Positions 61,207 through 64,000 of a DNA stretch of 64,000 nucleotides are shown in pieces (within the stretch, counting starts at the first letter, position 1; the number at the start of each line of letters is the position of its first letter). Where the stretch lies: the NCBI GenBank assembly GCA_934169725.1, contig CAKPOF010000003.1:112637-176636 (forward strand). The letters run 5' to 3'. Under the pieces are notes generated by a model, which made no database searches, had not been told where the DNA came from, and worked only from the letters and a program-made list of their open reading frames with translations. A program made the translations under genes and the position numbers. This stretch comes from an uncultured Clostridia bacterium. GTDB lineage: Bacteria > Bacillota > Clostridia > TANB77 > CAG-508.

Positions 61207-61505
61207 ATAAAAAATCCTTTCAAGAAAGTAATTACTAAAATATATGTAATATTGTATAAATTAATGACTAATAAATTTGAATTAGTTTATATATGTTACA
61301 ATATAAGTCTCAATTTAAAATATTTAACTTATATTATAAAAGTTTAACAATATATTATTAAATTTAAAAAATGATTTATTTTATAAGCTATGAATTTGTG
61401 ACATAAGTAGAAGAAATATAAAAAAATAAGAGTGTAAACTATTGCTAATTTTAAATATTAGTGATATAGTAACATGGAAAAATAAACTTAGGAGGACAGT
61501 TAATA

Positions 61506-64000
61506 ATGGGATTATTTAAAACATACAGTCAAAAAGAAGTAAAAAGAGTAAGGCCATTAGTAAATAAAATAAATGAGCTTGAAGAAGAAATATCAAAATT
61601 AAGTGATGCGGAATTAAGAGGAAAAACAGAGTATTTTAAAAAACAATTATCTGAAGGAAAAACATTAGATGATATATTACCAGAGGCTTTTGCAGTAGTT
61701 AGAGAGGCATCAAAAAGAGTTCTAGGTATGAGACATTTTGATGTTCAATTAATTGGTGGTATTATATTACATCAAGGAAGAATTGCTGAGATGAAAACAG
61801 GTGAAGGAAAAACATTAGTTGCTACATTACCTGTATATTTAAATGCACTTGAAGGAAAAGGTGTACATGTTATTACAGTAAATGATTATTTAGCTAAAAG
61901 AGATAGTGAATGGATGGGAAAATTATATAAATTTTTAGGATTATCTGTTGGGCTTGTAATTGCTGGAATGGAACCTAAAGAAAAACAAAAAGCATATAGT
62001 GCTGATGTTACATATGGTACAAATAATGAATTTGGATTTGATTACTTAAGAGATAACATGGTTATATATAAAGATCAATTAGTACAAAGAGGATTAAATT
62101 ATGCAATTGTCGATGAAATTGATAGTATCTTAATAGATGAAGCTAGAACACCACTTATAATTTCAGGAAGAGCAAATCAATCATCTGATTTATATAAAAA
62201 AGCAGACAATTTTGTAAGAAGGTTAACACCAAAAGTTATTGTTGAAGAAGATGTTAAAGATTTTGAACAAGCAGAAGATAATGAAAGATATGATTATATT
62301 GTTGATTTAAAAGCAAAATCAGCTTCACTTACACAAAAAGGAATAAAAAAAGCAGAAGAAGCTTTTGGATTAGATAATTTTAATGATTTAGAAAATTCAA
62401 CATTAGTTCATCATGTTAACCAAGCATTACGTGCACATGGAGTTATGAAAAAAGATATTGATTATATAGTCAAAGATGGTGAAGTTTTAATTGTAGATGA
62501 ATTTACTGGACGTATTATGTATGGAAGACGTTATAACAACGGATTGCATCAAGCAATTGAAGCTAAAGAACATGTAAAAATTGCAGATGAATCAAAAACA
62601 TTGGCTACAATAACATTTCAAAACTATTTTAGAATGTATGATAAATTATCAGGTATGACAGGTACAGCTATGACAGAAGAAGCTGAATTTGAAGAAATAT
62701 ACAATTTAGACGTTGTTGAAATACCAACAAATAAACCAATGGTACGTAAAGATGAGAATGATGTTATTTATAAAAATGAGAATGCTAAATTTAATGCTAT
62801 AGTAAATAGTATTAAAGAAAGTCATAAAAAAGGACAACCAGTGTTAGTTGGTACAGTTTCAATTGAAAAATCAGAAAAATTAAGTAAATTATTAAATAAA
62901 GAGGGAATTAAGCACGAAGTTTTAAATGCTAAATATCATGAAAAAGAAGCAGAGATAGTTGCTCAAGCAGGTAAATTTGGAGCTGTAACAATTGCGACAA
63001 ACATGGCAGGACGTGGTACAGATATTATTTTAGGTGGAAACAGTGAATTCTTAGCTAAAGAAGAAATGAGAAAAAGTAAGATATCTCATGAATTAATAGA
63101 AGAAGCCAATACATATTATGAAACAGACGACAAAGATATTTTGAATGCTAGAGAAACATTTAAAAAATTAGTAAGTAAATATGATGAACAAATAAAAGAA
63201 GAAAAAGAAAAAGTTATTAATGCAGGTGGACTAAAAATAATAGGAACAGAAAGACATGAATCAAGAAGAATTGATAACCAATTAAGAGGCCGTTCAGGAC
63301 GTCAAGGAGATAATGGTGAGTCTAAATTTTACATTGCATTAGATGATGATTTAATGAAAATATTTGGTGGAGACACAATTACAAAAGTATATAATTCAAT
63401 AGGTGCAGACGAAAATATGCCAATAGAATCTAGAATTATTTCAAAGGCAGTAGAAAATGCGCAAAAGAAAGTAGAAGGAAGAAACTTTTCAATACGTAAA
63501 AATGTATTGAAATATGATGATGTTATGAATGCACAAAGAGAAATTATCTATGCACAAAGAAGAGAAGTTCTTGATGGAGAAAATATTCATGATAATATAA
63601 TAAATATGATTGATACTGTTGCTGAAGCTACTGTTAACATGTATGTTGAAAATGAAAATGGAGATGTAAATGTAGAAGCTTTAAATCAAGAAATAATCAA
63701 TACATATGGAATAGAGATGTTAGACTACATTAAAGAAAATAATTCAGAAGCACAAAAAATTTCTGAAGAACTTATAAAAAAAGCAAACGAAAAATATGCA
63801 GAAAAAGAAGCAGAAATTGGCTCAGAAGAAATGAGAGAACTTGAAAGAGTAGTTATGCTTAAAGTTGTAGACGAAAAATGGATGAATCATATTGATAGTA
63901 TGGATGAATTAAAAAATGGTATAGGTTTACGTGCTTATGGACAACAAGATCCTGTTGTTAAATATAGAATTGAAGGAATGGACATGTTTGAAGAAATGAT
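61506..64000 (+). CDS. secA: Preprotein translocase ATPase SecA (3' end lies outside the window)
   Basis: N-terminus MGLFK..., Walker [15 protein letters not shown] and DEAD-like motifs. Confidence 0.93.
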   Translation, partial: MGLFKTYSQKEVKRVRPLVNKINELEEEISKLSDAELRGKTEYFKKQLSEGKTLDDILPEAFAVVREASKRVLGMRHFDVQLIGGIILHQGRIAEMKTGEGKTLVATLPVYLNALEGKGVHVITVNDYLAKRDSEWMGKLYKFLGLSVGLVIAGMEPKEKQKAYSADVTYGTNNEFGFDYLRDNMVIYKDQLVQRGLNYAIVDEIDSILIDEARTPLIISGRANQSSDLYKKADNFVRRLTPKVIVEEDVKDFEQAEDNERYDYIVDLKAKSASLTQKGIKKAEEAFGLDNFNDLENSTLVHHVNQALRAHGVMKKDIDYIVKDGEVLIVDEFTGRIMYGRRYNNGLHQAIEAKEHVKIADESKTLATITFQNYFRMYDKLSGMTGTAMTEEAEFEEIYNLDVVEIPTNKPMVRKDENDVIYKNENAKFNAIVNSIKESHKKGQPVLVGTVSIEKSEKLSKLLNKEGIKHEVLNAKYHEKEAEIVAQAGKFGAVTIATNMAGRGTDIILGGNSEFLAKEEMRKSKISHELIEEANTYYETDDKDILNARETFKKLVSKYDEQIKEEKEKVINAGGLKIIGTERHESRRIDNQLRGRSGRQGDNGESKFYIALDDDLMKIFGGDTITKVYNSIGADENMPIESRIISKAVENAQKKVEGRNFSIRKNVLKYDDVMNAQREIIYAQRREVLDGENIHDNIINMIDTVAEATVNMYVENENGDVNVEALNQEIINTYGIEMLDYIKENNSEAQKISEELIKKANEKYAEKEAEIGSEEMRELERVVMLKVVDEKWMNHIDSMDELKNGIGLRAYGQQDPVVKYRIEGMDMFEEM

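Overview
This window is a very AT-rich (about 27-28% GC) chromosomal segment from a low-GC Gram-positive, spore-forming bacterium, most likely a Clostridia-class Firmicute. Sporulation and cortex genes (sigH, dpaB, sleB, pdaA, dacF and ytvI-like) support this. Most of it is housekeeping backbone. This includes queA-tgt; a partial fab cluster (fabH-fabD-fabG-fabF-accB-fabZ, with no acpP, fabK/fabI or accC/D/A); pfk; an aldehyde dehydrogenase and an iron-containing alcohol dehydrogenase; a valine T-box leader followed by an aldose-epimerase gene and valS; a spore cortex cluster (sleB-like, pdaA-like, dacF-like); an FtsZ paralog; dpaB; pepF; a tcdA-nifS-ttcA sulfur-relay cluster; sigH; uvrB; cysE; a trimeric HydABC [FeFe]-hydrogenase operon; murD; guaA; and the 5' part of secA. 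There are also accessory features. These include a candidate exopolysaccharide locus (a GT2 synthase, a GT39-like membrane protein and an HExxH protein); a protein with a pilin-like N-terminus fused to BspA-type 26-residue repeats; an orphan zeta-toxin-like kinase; and an Rv1747-like FHA-FHA-ABC exporter. The most unusual signal is a novel palindromic intergenic repeat of about 120 bp present in three copies (701..816, 29314..29433 and 52987..53107). Each copy lies 100-170 bp upstream of a plus-strand gene. The copies have a conserved terminal inverted repeat and an internal hairpin that differs in sequence yet keeps its pairing. Each also has perfect outer inverted-repeat extensions that are specific to that copy. 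A second 51-nt repeat occurs twice in inverted orientation (32125..32175 and 49475..49525). Four genes carry single-base frameshifts (dacF-like, a DUF2798 gene, a small membrane protein and cysE). Three of these lie in homopolymer tracts, which suggests either homopolymer sequencing errors or ongoing gene decay. No CRISPR array, rRNA or tRNA gene was seen.
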